Shown here one piece after another: positions 26,438-36,928 of a DNA stretch of 64,000 nt. Made by a program: the position numbers and the translations under genes. Each line of letters starts with the position of its first letter. Position 1 is the first letter of the stretch. The stretch lies in the sequence record NC_091964.1; one strand, given 5' to 3'. The notes below the pieces were generated by a model. The model saw only the letters and a list, made by a program, of their open reading frames with translations, made no database searches and had not been told where the DNA came from.

Positions 26438-27304
26438 TCAAACAGAGACTGCTTTCGCCGACTCCATGTTCGGGACGTAACCGGTATAGTCGATAGCCTG
26501 AACGTCTGCTTCTGCTTTCTGAATCCAAGCAGCGCGGAAGTTCGGGTCGATACCCGTCTGGTTTGCAGCGTCCAGGAAGCGCTGTGCCAACTGACGCACG
26601 CCGACACCAACCTGCTGAATACAGGTGAAGGTGATAGAGTGGGTTACACTCTCAGGCGTTGCGGTGATGTCACGGCCGCCCTCTACGCGAGGACCTTGCA
26701 TTGGCATCATGTTGGTGCAGAGCCAGGCTTCCACTACCCAACGCTCAGTCGGATCCGGTTCTACAAACAGCACCGTAAAGGCGGTGTAGTCCGGATACAG
26801 ACCGTACGGGGTGCTACGACCACGGGACACAACGGCAGGGACGTTGGTTTCCGGGTTGCCCAGGAGGTTGAGGATATAGCCGTTCCAGAAGTACTTAACT
26901 GGAGTACCAATCTTCTCAACCCATTCGAACTGTGGTTGCGAGCGATTCCGGCGGACTTTCGCCAGAGTTTGCATCATCTCACCACCGCCACCAAACGGGT
27001 TCTCGGAGTATTCTAACTCCAAGGACTGATCCAACCCGCTGATGGAACGTGGGTGGAGTTCGATGAGCGCTTTGAGGCACGCAAGCCATTTTTCAGGATT
27101 CGGCAGATCTTTGAAACCAGCCGGTCCTTCCATCAGGAATGCGATTACCGGACGACGGGTGTAGTCAGCGGCACCGTGGTAATAACGGATGTCAGTGACG
27201 TAGCCCATCTGGCCGGAATTGGTAAGGTCCGTTACCGGACCCTGGATACCCTCAGCATATGCCTCGTTAGCTTTGAGGATAGTGTTGGCGTCTTTATTAG
27301 CCAT
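26438..27304 (-). CDS. Tail tube protein (phiKZ gp30-like)
   Basis: 288 aa; directly downstream of the sheath; conserved synteny; LCTNMMP motif. Confidence 0.8.
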   Translation of the reverse strand: MANKDANTILKANEAYAEGIQGPVTDLTNSGQMGYVTDIRYYHGAADYTRRPVIAFLMEGPAGFKDLPNPEKWLACLKALIELHPRSISGLDQSLELEYSENPFGGGGEMMQTLAKVRRNRSQPQFEWVEKIGTPVKYFWNGYILNLLGNPETNVPAVVSRGRSTPYGLYPDYTAFTVLFVEPDPTERWVVEAWLCTNMMPMQGPRVEGGRDITATPESVTHSITFTCIQQVGVGVRQLAQRFLDAANQTGIDPNFRAAWIQKAEADVQAIDYTGYVPNMESAKAVSV

Positions 27305-29375
27305 TTAAGTCCTCCCGGCGATACGCGACGGTGTAGGCAGACATTACGGTACGCATCCCGTTTGCACCGATGTCGATCGGGCAGGTCCAGCTGTAACCAC
27401 GATTTTGGTCGAGGCGAGTCAACTGGGAGTGCGGGATAACGTCCATGCGGTCATCCATGGCACCGGCCGACTTGTTCTTGATCGATTCGTCGGAACGTTC
27501 GATCAGCTGAGCATCTTTCAGCTTCTGGTTGCCGGTCAGGTCACGCCAGGTTTCCCAAGCATAACGCGCCAGCTGCGCAACACACAGACCAACGATAGCT
27601 GAATTCAGGACCGAAGTCTGATCAGTATAGAAGGACTGCATACCAGGATAGAACAGGCGGTTGTTGTGGTCGTAATCTTCCACGTACACAACAGACTGGG
27701 ACCACAGACGGCGTTTGTTACGCCAGGTCTTATCGATCACGTTCAGACCTTTAACTTCAGTAACGATGTAGTTACCGTTGTCAGAGGTATCCGGTGCACG
27801 ATCCGGCGACAGGATGCCAGAATCCAACGCGCCGTAACGCATCAGTTTATAGGCAAGGTCAATCGCCAGTACAGCTGAGACGCGGCGTGAAGTACCCGCG
27901 AGCTGACCGACGTGTCCTACCAGCGCACCACGGAACGGAGGAGTTGCGTACTCCACACTATCCGGGAACATCTGAAGACGAGTGAGAATAGAAGACGCGA
28001 TAGACTCCTCAGACTCTTCGTCATTCGGAGAGCGGCTGATATCCTGTGTAGAAAGGATCAGATAGCTGTCCTGACGTTTGTTCAACAGGTTCATCAGCGA
28101 GTACTTGGTGCTCAGAGAGAAACCAGAATCGCAGAAGAAGTTGAACGGGAAACGTGCGACGTTATCCAGACGAACACCCGGAGCGGAAAGGTCATCGAAG
28201 ATTTCCTTAACCAGCGAATCCAGAGTCGCGTTGGACATGGTGCCGTCATTACCGCCTTCGAACCAGTAGTTCGCGTTTTCGGTAAACATGATAGAACCGC
28301 TGTTCATACCTTCCAACTGGACGGTGTGATACGGAACATCTTCAACGGTGCAACCACCGAAGAAGTTTACCTGGAGGTAATCTTTGTCGCCAGTGCCGAC
28401 AGTACCGAACGGAGATTCAGTTGCCTGAATGTCTTTCAGTACCGGGTTCAGATAGTTGCGGTAAAGGTGGAAATCACCAACCTGCGAACGCTGGTAGTAC
28501 TCAGCGCTATCATCTTCCCAGCCACCCGGCAGACGAGCGTCCATATCCAGAACAACGTCACCATCCTGAGTGGAGATAACGCCTTCGCCGAAGCTGAAGG
28601 TAGTCGACACTTGGTCGAATTTGTTAGGGATAACTTTCGGTGCTTCGAATACCGAAGGACGACGGACCAGCTTCATGCGGTTGATGAAGCTACCCACTTC
28701 TTCGTTCAGATCCGGATTACCCGGCACAGCAGAAGAAACGGTAGGTGCCCACATGCAGATACCGAGGTTGTTACCTTCGGAACCGAAGTCGGCTACAACA
28801 CCATCGGCCAGCGGGAAGCGGCGCGATTTTTCGCCAGCAATGGTGGAGGTCATTACACCGTCGGAAGGCTCACGCTTACCGAACAGGCTGACACCATTTT
28901 TATCCAGCGGAACAACAGTTTTGAAGAACGCGTAGCGATAGCCTACGACGGTTTCACCAGTGTCGATCAACGCACCCTGGTTATCACGGACATAGTTACC
29001 GGAATCGTCGCGCTCGTAGACCGGGAGATTGTCTTTAACGATCTCAAAGTCGAATGCGATTGTTGCTTCAGGTGCCGCATCTTTCGGACGCAGGCGCCAG
29101 AAGATACCGCGAGTTGCTGCCTTGATCGCACGACTGATATAAGTCATTGCGTGGGTAGCGTATTTGGAGTCAAAATCGATAACCTCTTCGCCGTAAGACG
29201 AAATGATTTCCGAAGTCGCCATCCACGCCGGGCCTTCTTTACCCATAGGGGAGAAGCCGAACATGATCGGACGAACAAACGGAAGGGGCGTGTTAGCCAG
29301 GCTGACCGGGCCTGCTGACTTATCCAACGTCCCTAACCAATAAAGACCCGGAGTCGAGCTGGTAATCTGCTCCAT
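27297..29375 (-). CDS. Tail sheath protein (phiKZ gp29-like)
   Basis: ~692 aa; GG.DG...., DSGFSL.TK and C-terminal sheath pattern; synteny; very high codon bias. Confidence 0.88.
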   Translation of the reverse strand: MEQITSSTPGLYWLGTLDKSAGPVSLANTPLPFVRPIMFGFSPMGKEGPAWMATSEIISSYGEEVIDFDSKYATHAMTYISRAIKAATRGIFWRLRPKDAAPEATIAFDFEIVKDNLPVYERDDSGNYVRDNQGALIDTGETVVGYRYAFFKTVVPLDKNGVSLFGKREPSDGVMTSTIAGEKSRRFPLADGVVADFGSEGNNLGICMWAPTVSSAVPGNPDLNEEVGSFINRMKLVRRPSVFEAPKVIPNKFDQVSTTFSFGEGVISTQDGDVVLDMDARLPGGWEDDSAEYYQRSQVGDFHLYRNYLNPVLKDIQATESPFGTVGTGDKDYLQVNFFGGCTVEDVPYHTVQLEGMNSGSIMFTENANYWFEGGNDGTMSNATLDSLVKEIFDDLSAPGVRLDNVARFPFNFFCDSGFSLSTKYSLMNLLNKRQDSYLILSTQDISRSPNDEESEESIASSILTRLQMFPDSVEYATPPFRGALVGHVGQLAGTSRRVSAVLAIDLAYKLMRYGALDSGILSPDRAPDTSDNGNYIVTEVKGLNVIDKTWRNKRRLWSQSVVYVEDYDHNNRLFYPGMQSFYTDQTSVLNSAIVGLCVAQLARYAWETWRDLTGNQKLKDAQLIERSDESIKNKSAGAMDDRMDVIPHSQLTRLDQNRGYSWTCPIDIGANGMRTVMSAYTVAYRREDLNG

Positions 29376-29415
29376 CTTTATCTCCAACTAATTAGTTTAG
29401 GTCAAGACCACGTAG

Positions 29416-29435
29416 TATGTACATAATACGTCATA
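29416..29435. promoter_or_regulatory. TATGTACATA palindrome plus a second CATA, divergent late promoters
   Basis: Perfect palindrome at 29416-29425 between the sheath and virion operons. Confidence 0.65.
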
Positions 29436-29479
29436 CTATTCGAACAGTTAACAGTCAAAATTAACGGAGTGAACAAATA

Positions 29480-30409
29480 ATGTTTCGAACCGCGTATAGC
29501 ACTAACGCTGCTTCTTCCTTCATGAGCCCTGAGATTTTGGGTCAGTTGGCTATTGCTTCGGCAGAGGGAACGTTAGTTAAAATTGATCCTAAAGTACCTT
29601 CCCTTCTCGCTCTGATTGACCGCGGCCCGCGTGGTAAAGAAATACCTCCGTTCGAGCACCCTGTTCACATTACAGGGAAAACTAGTAGTCACAGTGATCG
29701 CGGTTACTGGGTTATCGATATGCGTCCTTATGCTGGTCGCATTACGACACAAGATGGTGGATTCCTTGTCCCCGCTGATAGCCCCGCAGCGTTACTGATT
29801 CTGCGAGCTAAGGTTGAGATGTTCTGGAACCAACAGAGCCCTGGTGAAATGATGTTCTGGGGAGATCTTCCTTTTGTCGTATTTGCTCGCTGGTTGACTG
29901 GTACGCTAAAAAACCGTTTAGCTCTGGGACCGGATGATATTGCGCATGTCCAGGTTATCTCTGCGTACTACTTCTTCAACCTTTTCTACGAAGAAGGTGA
30001 TTTCGGTGCTAAGCAAAAACAAGCAGCTGCACTGAAGATCAACCGCATGCTCGGTATTCCGTTGGAGCGTGTACAAGGTTGGCTCCAGCCACTGGACTAC
30101 ATGGGCAACCTGAACGACCTTGCCCTGCGTCTCACTGAACAAGTTGATAACCCGGCTGTTCGTCTGATCGATGCTAAGTATCTGATCAATGCTACAATGA
30201 ACTCCTGGTTTGGTTCTGCTGACAGTCGCGCACTGATCGCAGTATCGCTCGAATTTCCTCCTGCCTTTATTGCAATGATTCTTGCCTGTGGTAATACGTC
30301 GCAGTACAAGAAGTCTGCAATCGGGGAAGCAGTAGAGCGTGAGAAAGCCAAATGGCGTTTCAATGAATACCAGCGTCTGGCGTTGGATGCCCTCAAATCC
30401 CTCAATTAA
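29480..30409 (+). CDS. Virion structural protein (phiKZ gp28-like)
   Basis: Synteny and size within the sheath-terminase block. Confidence 0.65.
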   Translation: MFRTAYSTNAASSFMSPEILGQLAIASAEGTLVKIDPKVPSLLALIDRGPRGKEIPPFEHPVHITGKTSSHSDRGYWVIDMRPYAGRITTQDGGFLVPADSPAALLILRAKVEMFWNQQSPGEMMFWGDLPFVVFARWLTGTLKNRLALGPDDIAHVQVISAYYFFNLFYEEGDFGAKQKQAAALKINRMLGIPLERVQGWLQPLDYMGNLNDLALRLTEQVDNPAVRLIDAKYLINATMNSWFGSADSRALIAVSLEFPPAFIAMILACGNTSQYKKSAIGEAVEREKAKWRFNEYQRLALDALKSLN

Positions 30410-30419
30410 AAGGTGAGTT

Positions 30420-32954
30420 ATGATCACTGATTTCCTCCAGGCGTACGTCGCCAAAAATATTTGGTGCGCGCCTTTCCAGGACAATCAGGTAATTCTGAAA
30501 CTCAGCAGGATGTCATTCCCATCAGGTACGGATAAACATACCGATATCTGGTGGGACGACATTACGTTACCTGATAAGACCAGTAAATGGACGATCTACA
30601 ACATCGGCCAAAACACTGCCTGGCGTACTAACTTACCAATGAAGAAAATGAAGTGGATGCCTCTGGCCTATTGGGGACAGCAGAACAAAACCATCTTCGA
30701 TCTTTATTTCAATAACGGTAAAAAGGTTCCGGCCTACCAGGCTTATGTATTGTTGACGGAAGACCAGGATTATGTTCTGGCTGTTCGCATGGCGGAAAAC
30801 TATTACAGCCTGATCAACAATACCCTTTATCTTCGTGCCTATCGTAACGGCTTCTGGAGTTCCGATCGCAGTGACTACTACCCTTACACGGTAGAGTACG
30901 GCGGCGGACGGGCAATGACTAAACAGCTTATTACCGAATACGCGCAGGACATTGCTATACTGCGACGTTATCCGGGTGTCGTGAACGTATTCCTTAACGG
31001 TGAGTGGGTTGATAATATCGACAACGCTCGTGTTAAGATTGGCGATTACGTTGAATACGTACATGACGGTTCAGTTGCGCGCATTGTTGACTTTAAAGTC
31101 ACCTCTCTGCGTGATTACCTTTCGGTACTGGACGGGGTACAGAAGTACCTCCTGCATCCGCCGAAAGAAAAGAACGGCGTTATCCGCTATCGCGATGATA
31201 TTGACCTGTTCCTTTATAAGCGTAATACCGATGGTACGCTGAAAGGTCGTTATTATCATCGTAACACGGAGAACTCTCTTCGCATGATTACCCATGCGGA
31301 TTACGGAATTCCGGTCGCTACGATTATGTCGTACGTTCAGGATCCGAAAGACCCGTGGGCTAAACGTGAAGATCTTTATCTGCGTTTGCACATCCGTGAT
31401 TCAGGGTACGCTCGTCCTTTAGTGGATGAACACACTCACCTGAAAGAGCTGTACCGGATGACCGACCTTGAAATAGCCCGTGCTCTTCTCGGTATCGATG
31501 CCACGTTGGATGAATGGTATGCGCCGAAGTTAGAGCAATCGTATTACACTGAAGTAATGCGTAAATGGTGGCCTCCATTCGACTACATGAAAATGCTGTC
31601 GATGTTGGGTTACGATGCACTGGCTAAGCTATTGTCGGACAGCCCTATTGATGTCCAGGTAGACGGTGGCGTTAAGATTATCCCGATGGGCGCAGGTCAG
31701 CAATCAGATGCAACTGTATTTGAGTACGATGCTGACGGTCTGTTCCTTGGCTGGTACTATCACAGCACTGGTGATGCGTATATTGTTCGTAATGACAGTT
31801 GTGCATTCGGGGAAATCTATTTGGGCCAAGGCAACAAGATCCTTGATTGGGTTCCTGGTAACAACGATTATTCGTTACTGGGCGGTCGTATGTATCGCTT
31901 CTATTACTGCGACAAGATTAAGGATGTCCCGACGCTTGAATATAAGGTCGCGGTCGAGGGTGTCAACTATGCTATTGATAATGGTGTAGTGAAGTGGATT
32001 CATTCCAAGACCAGTAAAGAAGGTTTGATCTGGTCGGATAAACGCTTCCTTATTAACGACGTGAAATGGCAGGCTCAGTCTGGGGTATATCGATTACAGA
32101 TTAACCACAGCAAGACAAATGCAACACCGTTGCCTATTCCTACCGAGAAGCTCATGCTTCTGATTAACGGTAAGTCGGCGGTCGAAGGTGTTGACTATTA
32201 TGTTCGCTGGCCAGAGATCATGGTCGTTTCTAAGACCTTGCTACATTTCGATAAGATCAACACCTTTACGATTGTTGGTCAGGGAATGTCGAAGGACTTG
32301 ATGCGGTCCACGCCGAAAGACGTCGGGTTTGCCTTCAAAGGGATTCTGTCAGTCAACGATCGTTTCGATCTGCGCGATGACCGGGTGATGCGCTTTGTGG
32401 TTGACGGTAAAGTAAAACGTCGTAAGGATGTTTACTTCGCTGAAGACTATCCTAGCGAGAACCTTCCGCTGGCGCGTAACGGCGCGATCTATGAATCTTC
32501 TCCGGTATATGTTCCTATCCGTGATTTGACCTTCGAGCAGATGGACAAGTTGCGTAGCGAGCAAGAAGACTTCAACAGTCGTCTGGAGGACTTCCTGACT
32601 GTCCGCCACCCGCAGCCTAAGATCGATGGACCTAACCCGATCAAGGCACGCTACCAGCTCTATAGCCCGATGCTGACTCAGATGTTGTATGACATCCAGG
32701 AAGGTACTCTGGTTGTTCCAGTGGTTCCGGAGAATATGGATGACTTGCAACGTGCGATGCGTCCTTATCTAGATTTCCTGGACTTCGAGCCAACGCTTGT
32801 GGGTATCAACCCCAACTACGTGATTGTCGTACCCCATCCGTTCGATAATATGGCGGAAGTTAACGAGCGTACTTACCGTTTCTTTGAGATGGTAGTCAAG
32901 ACGTACTTGAAGGGTGCTATCGACATTAATACTCACTTCATGATTAAGGGCTGA
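30420..32954 (+). CDS. Virion structural protein (phiKZ gp27-like), 844 aa
   Basis: NIWCAP.QD.Q N-terminus; synteny. Confidence 0.7.
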   Translation: MITDFLQAYVAKNIWCAPFQDNQVILKLSRMSFPSGTDKHTDIWWDDITLPDKTSKWTIYNIGQNTAWRTNLPMKKMKWMPLAYWGQQNKTIFDLYFNNGKKVPAYQAYVLLTEDQDYVLAVRMAENYYSLINNTLYLRAYRNGFWSSDRSDYYPYTVEYGGGRAMTKQLITEYAQDIAILRRYPGVVNVFLNGEWVDNIDNARVKIGDYVEYVHDGSVARIVDFKVTSLRDYLSVLDGVQKYLLHPPKEKNGVIRYRDDIDLFLYKRNTDGTLKGRYYHRNTENSLRMITHADYGIPVATIMSYVQDPKDPWAKREDLYLRLHIRDSGYARPLVDEHTHLKELYRMTDLEIARALLGIDATLDEWYAPKLEQSYYTEVMRKWWPPFDYMKMLSMLGYDALAKLLSDSPIDVQVDGGVKIIPMGAGQQSDATVFEYDADGLFLGWYYHSTGDAYIVRNDSCAFGEIYLGQGNKILDWVPGNNDYSLLGGRMYRFYYCDKIKDVPTLEYKVAVEGVNYAIDNGVVKWIHSKTSKEGLIWSDKRFLINDVKWQAQSGVYRLQINHSKTNATPLPIPTEKLMLLINGKSAVEGVDYYVRWPEIMVVSKTLLHFDKINTFTIVGQGMSKDLMRSTPKDVGFAFKGILSVNDRFDLRDDRVMRFVVDGKVKRRKDVYFAEDYPSENLPLARNGAIYESSPVYVPIRDLTFEQMDKLRSEQEDFNSRLEDFLTVRHPQPKIDGPNPIKARYQLYSPMLTQMLYDIQEGTLVVPVVPENMDDLQRAMRPYLDFLDFEPTLVGINPNYVIVVPHPFDNMAEVNERTYRFFEMVVKTYLKGAIDINTHFMIKG

Positions 32955-32956
32955 CA

Positions 32957-34687
32957 ATGGCAGCGGTAATTAATACTAACGACTTTGGCGTTCGTTACGC
33001 TACTGCGTTGACGGTAGAGACGCCTGATGACGTCCCCGTATGGGATCCGGAAGGGCTCCATAAAGAGTGGGGCGACTGGGAAGTCTACATGGGTAAGGAC
33101 AAGATCGGTGAAGGTAAGAAGGGACGTTTCGTCCCTAACCTCTACGATAAGGTCTGGGGCCCGGTAACAGGAACTCGCTACGTTAAGGAGCTGAACCCTA
33201 CTACACTTATTCCTGTACTGGAACGTGCGGTAGAACCAGTTATCGGTGGTGCTGATTCTAAGGACTGGTTACTGGGTGTAGGTGACCGTTGGCCTCAACA
33301 GGGCTTCTTCATCTACGCTGATAACTCGCAGACGATTCCTCGTATCTCTGTCGATGCGCAGGCGATCTTCCGTCATCCGAGCATCAGTTACTTCCGTCTG
33401 TACGGTACGGACCCGAATAACCAGAACGAAGTGCTATCGGCATGGTATAACCAGTCTGGTGAATACATCGATAACCAAATCCCTCGTCTGTTGGTCGAAT
33501 CGACCCATAGCCCTGACGGTTATCAGTACTACGTACCTGAAGTGTTCTGGGGAACTCGTCAGCTGAAAGAAGGTGAGGAAGTTAAGCTCATCGGATACAG
33601 TGCTGAGAACTCAGAGATCTCAGAAGCAGTGTTCGTGGTACGTCTGGGTAACAATGTCCGTCGTGGTAATCAGCCGGTGCGGCGTATTGCTTCTATCGAA
33701 CTGCGCTGTCCGTATCTGTCGACCACTGAGGAAAACCGTATTCGTATTCCTACCGGGACTAACATTGCCTCTGTTGCGATGATGTGCCGGTTGAACTACG
33801 AGAACGGCCAGTGGATCGATATTCCAATCGATGGCGTTAAAGTTCGTCTCCAGGGCCTGGAAGAAACTGTTTCCAGTTCCCCTGGTAAACTGCGTGACAT
33901 TATCCTCTACTATTACATGGGCGAGGGCGAGGTCTACGTAGGCTCTGATACGAACGACGGTAAAGCGATGGTTAAGGTCTACACCGTGGAAGTGGATCCT
34001 ACTCAAGAAACTTACGGCTTCAAGCTGTTTGGTTATCCGAGCTGGGTCAACGCTAACAACGGTTATGCGATCTTCTGGTTCCTACACGACTACGATCATA
34101 GCCAGGTCTACGATGTTACTAACATGGTGGAACTTACTGCTAACTCTGCTGAATGGGATCCGTTCCTGTACGGTAGTAAGCAGTACCTGCGCGTGGCACT
34201 TGACGTCGAGAAGGTTGATCCTCGCTACAGCACTTACCGTCATGCACAGACGATTCAGTTCACTCTGATGCAGGCCGGTCTGGTTGATACGCTCAATCAC
34301 TGGCGCGTATACTTTGAGGATGGTCAGGCTCCTGGTTACGGCGATGGTTGCCGTGCAGACCTTACCTACGTATCTTCACAAGTCTGGACGGGTGATCTCA
34401 CCTGTGGTTGTAAGACTCTGGATGAATGGCTGGATAAGCTGTACTACCGCACACTCCCGCTGTTTGATCCAACCACTGAGCAGGCGCCATCTGTACCGAC
34501 TCACTTCGTTTACACCATCCGTGGTCAACGTTATCGTCATCCTCTGTCTGACTGGAACCAGGTTATTCGTACTGCGACCGGCGGATCTGAAGGTGAAACT
34601 TCCGTTATCCACTTTATCTCTAGCGAGAATGGTGTAGACCTGTACCTGAGTACGGCTGGTCTGTTCACTCACCAAATCATTACTTAA
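32957..34687 (+). CDS. Virion structural protein (phiKZ gp26-like), 576 aa
   Basis: Synteny immediately before the terminase. Confidence 0.7.
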   Translation: MAAVINTNDFGVRYATALTVETPDDVPVWDPEGLHKEWGDWEVYMGKDKIGEGKKGRFVPNLYDKVWGPVTGTRYVKELNPTTLIPVLERAVEPVIGGADSKDWLLGVGDRWPQQGFFIYADNSQTIPRISVDAQAIFRHPSISYFRLYGTDPNNQNEVLSAWYNQSGEYIDNQIPRLLVESTHSPDGYQYYVPEVFWGTRQLKEGEEVKLIGYSAENSEISEAVFVVRLGNNVRRGNQPVRRIASIELRCPYLSTTEENRIRIPTGTNIASVAMMCRLNYENGQWIDIPIDGVKVRLQGLEETVSSSPGKLRDIILYYYMGEGEVYVGSDTNDGKAMVKVYTVEVDPTQETYGFKLFGYPSWVNANNGYAIFWFLHDYDHSQVYDVTNMVELTANSAEWDPFLYGSKQYLRVALDVEKVDPRYSTYRHAQTIQFTLMQAGLVDTLNHWRVYFEDGQAPGYGDGCRADLTYVSSQVWTGDLTCGCKTLDEWLDKLYYRTLPLFDPTTEQAPSVPTHFVYTIRGQRYRHPLSDWNQVIRTATGGSEGETSVIHFISSENGVDLYLSTAGLFTHQIIT

Positions 34688-34692
34688 GTTAC

Positions 34693-34722
34693 CAGAGGAG
34701 GGCTTCGGCTCTCCTCTGTTTT
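34693..34722 (+). terminator. Stem-loop or weak terminator before the terminase
   Basis: CAGAGGAGGGC-TTCG-GCTCTCCTCTG-TTTT. Confidence 0.65.
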
Positions 34723-34736
34723 AAGGAGTTCTCGTC

Positions 34737-36845
34737 GTGATACTGTTTGAAAAAGATTGGGATAAATACCCGAATGCTACAGTAAACCACTTGACGAAAA
34801 ATACTAGCTTCATCAACTATGCTGCAATTCTGAAGGCACTTGGCGTTAAGAACTATCTTTGGCCACTGTCTACATTGAACCCTGCTTTGGTTGGTGTCGA
34901 CCCTCATAGCCCGGAAATTAACTTGGCTCAGATGGGATGGATTAAGTTCGAGTGTGAACAAAACCCATGGTATTATTTACGCGAGTGTTTAATTGTCCCT
35001 GCGCCTTCCGGTATCGGCGGCGATCCATTCCGCGCTAACCGCGCTAACATGTCAATGATCTGGTCTTTCCTTAACCACGTTGACTACATGTTAATCCAAC
35101 CCCGTCAGACGGGTAAAACAATTACAATCTCTGGACTGATTAGCTGGCTGCTCTACATCAAACTGTGGAACACGCGTATTGGTCTGGTAACTAAGTCCGA
35201 TGACTTGCGTCGTGATACAGCCGAGAAGGTTCGTCAGATGCAAGGCGGCTTGCCAGGGTATCTAACAATTAATGATAGGCGAGATTCTATCACTGATGCC
35301 CTGGTGACGTACAAGACGCGTAAGAACCGATTCGTATTGTCAGTAAGTCGCGGAGATCCGGCTGGGGCGATCAAGGTTGGTCGTGGTAACACCGTACCTG
35401 TAAACTTATGGGATGAGTTCCCGTTCATACCTCACGTCAAGATAGCCTATGGGGCAGCAATGCCAGGTACTGACGCCGCGTATGCTAACGCCCGTCAAAA
35501 AGGTTTACCGTACGGTTCACTGATTACAACTACTGCTGGTTCACAGGACAGTCGTGATGGTCAATTTGCTTATTCGATTCTGAGTAAAGCAGCTAAGTGG
35601 TCAGATACCATGTTTGACTGCGATGATGAAAACGATTATCGCGAAACTGTTAAGGCTCACTGCCGTGGTCGTAAAATCATCGTTAACGGTACGTGGTCGC
35701 ATAGCCAGATGGGTGTACCTGATGCGGTTCACTACTCTAACATTGCCAACTCCACGCAGGAAGGCGATGACGCAGCTCGAGATTACTTCAACATCTGGAC
35801 TGTAGGTGGCGAATCACACCCGCTCGATAAAGCAACTCTGCGTAAAATCAAAGAGTCGCAAATCGATCCGCAGTATGATGAGAAGTTTGGTAAGTTTATC
35901 ATCAACTGGTTCTATCCTGAGCACATCGTTGAAACGTTTGTAAACAAGGTAATGTTGGTTGGGAACGATACATCTGAAGGTGGGGGTAATGACGGATTGA
36001 CGTTATACTTCATCGATCCTGAGGATGGTGGCGTATTAGGTTCTTGCTCATTGAACGAAACCTTACTGCCGCACTACGGGGAGTTTGTTGCCAACGTACT
36101 AATCAAGTACGAACGGTCACTCTATATACCAGAGCGTAAGTCTACCGGTCAGACATTTATTGATACTGTCTGTATCGCACTACACGCCGAAGGTATTGAT
36201 CCGTTCCGTCGTATCTTCAACAACATTGTCCAGGAATCTGATTCCGATGTGGATGCATTCACTAAGATCCGTGGAGACGTCCGTAGTCGTGATGATGCTT
36301 TCTATATCAAGCGTAAAACGAAGTTCGGTTTCTCGACTGGCGTGAAAACACGTAAAGAACTCTACGATTCAGTATTCCAGTTCATGGCTAAGAAGGCGGG
36401 TACACGTTGTCGTTGTGTAACGCTCATTAACCAGATAATGGGACTCGAGTCTAAGAACGGTCGTGTTGACCACAGCTCTAAGGGTAATGATGACTCCGTA
36501 ATCGCATGGCTGTTGTGTGGCTGGGTGCTGCTCTATGGTGTACACCTGGAGTATTATGGTATCAAGGTCAGTACTATCTTCTCCAAAGCTGCCGAAGACC
36601 GTGAGGTCAGTAGTGAAGAGATCATGCGGCGTATTGCTATTGAAGAGCTTAACGATCGTATGGAGGATTTACTGGAGCGCTTGAAGACTACTGACATCCC
36701 TATTCTTGTAACACGTTACGAGAAGGAACTCAGCTTGATCGAACAAGAACTGGCTGAGCTGGGAATGGAGTCGGTTAACATTCGCAGTAAGATCGATGAT
36801 ATCAACAAAGAGCGTTATAAGCGTGTAGAAAAGTATTACCGTTAA
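34737..36845 (+). CDS. terL: Terminase large subunit
   Basis: Walker A PRQTGKT, Walker B LWDE, nuclease acidic motifs GNDTSEG and NDDSV. Confidence 0.92.
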   Translation: MILFEKDWDKYPNATVNHLTKNTSFINYAAILKALGVKNYLWPLSTLNPALVGVDPHSPEINLAQMGWIKFECEQNPWYYLRECLIVPAPSGIGGDPFRANRANMSMIWSFLNHVDYMLIQPRQTGKTITISGLISWLLYIKLWNTRIGLVTKSDDLRRDTAEKVRQMQGGLPGYLTINDRRDSITDALVTYKTRKNRFVLSVSRGDPAGAIKVGRGNTVPVNLWDEFPFIPHVKIAYGAAMPGTDAAYANARQKGLPYGSLITTTAGSQDSRDGQFAYSILSKAAKWSDTMFDCDDENDYRETVKAHCRGRKIIVNGTWSHSQMGVPDAVHYSNIANSTQEGDDAARDYFNIWTVGGESHPLDKATLRKIKESQIDPQYDEKFGKFIINWFYPEHIVETFVNKVMLVGNDTSEGGGNDGLTLYFIDPEDGGVLGSCSLNETLLPHYGEFVANVLIKYERSLYIPERKSTGQTFIDTVCIALHAEGIDPFRRIFNNIVQESDSDVDAFTKIRGDVRSRDDAFYIKRKTKFGFSTGVKTRKELYDSVFQFMAKKAGTRCRCVTLINQIMGLESKNGRVDHSSKGNDDSVIAWLLCGWVLLYGVHLEYYGIKVSTIFSKAAEDREVSSEEIMRRIAIEELNDRMEDLLERLKTTDIPILVTRYEKELSLIEQELAELGMESVNIRSKIDDINKERYKRVEKYYR

Positions 36846-36860
36846 ACTTTTTGTCAAGTA

Positions 36861-36875
36861 TATATCATCATAGTG
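36861..36875 (+). promoter_or_regulatory. Early-type promoter
   Basis: TATATCATCATAGTG followed by a GAGGGAG/CTCCCTC hairpin. Confidence 0.65.
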
Positions 36876-36928
36876 ACGAGGGAGTTCAATCTCCCTCATT
36901 ACTTTTTATTTTTGGGATAAGAAAAGAA

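Noticed and set aside
27912-29318. 468-aa plus-strand ORF antisense to the tail sheath
   Set aside because: It is a shadow of strong codon bias on the coding strand, with no RBS or promoter and atypical composition.
34737-36845. Possible intein or intron in terL (also checked nrdB, thyA and the polymerase)
   Set aside because: The frames are continuous, sizes fit the families, and I saw no intein termini or LAGLIDADG motifs.
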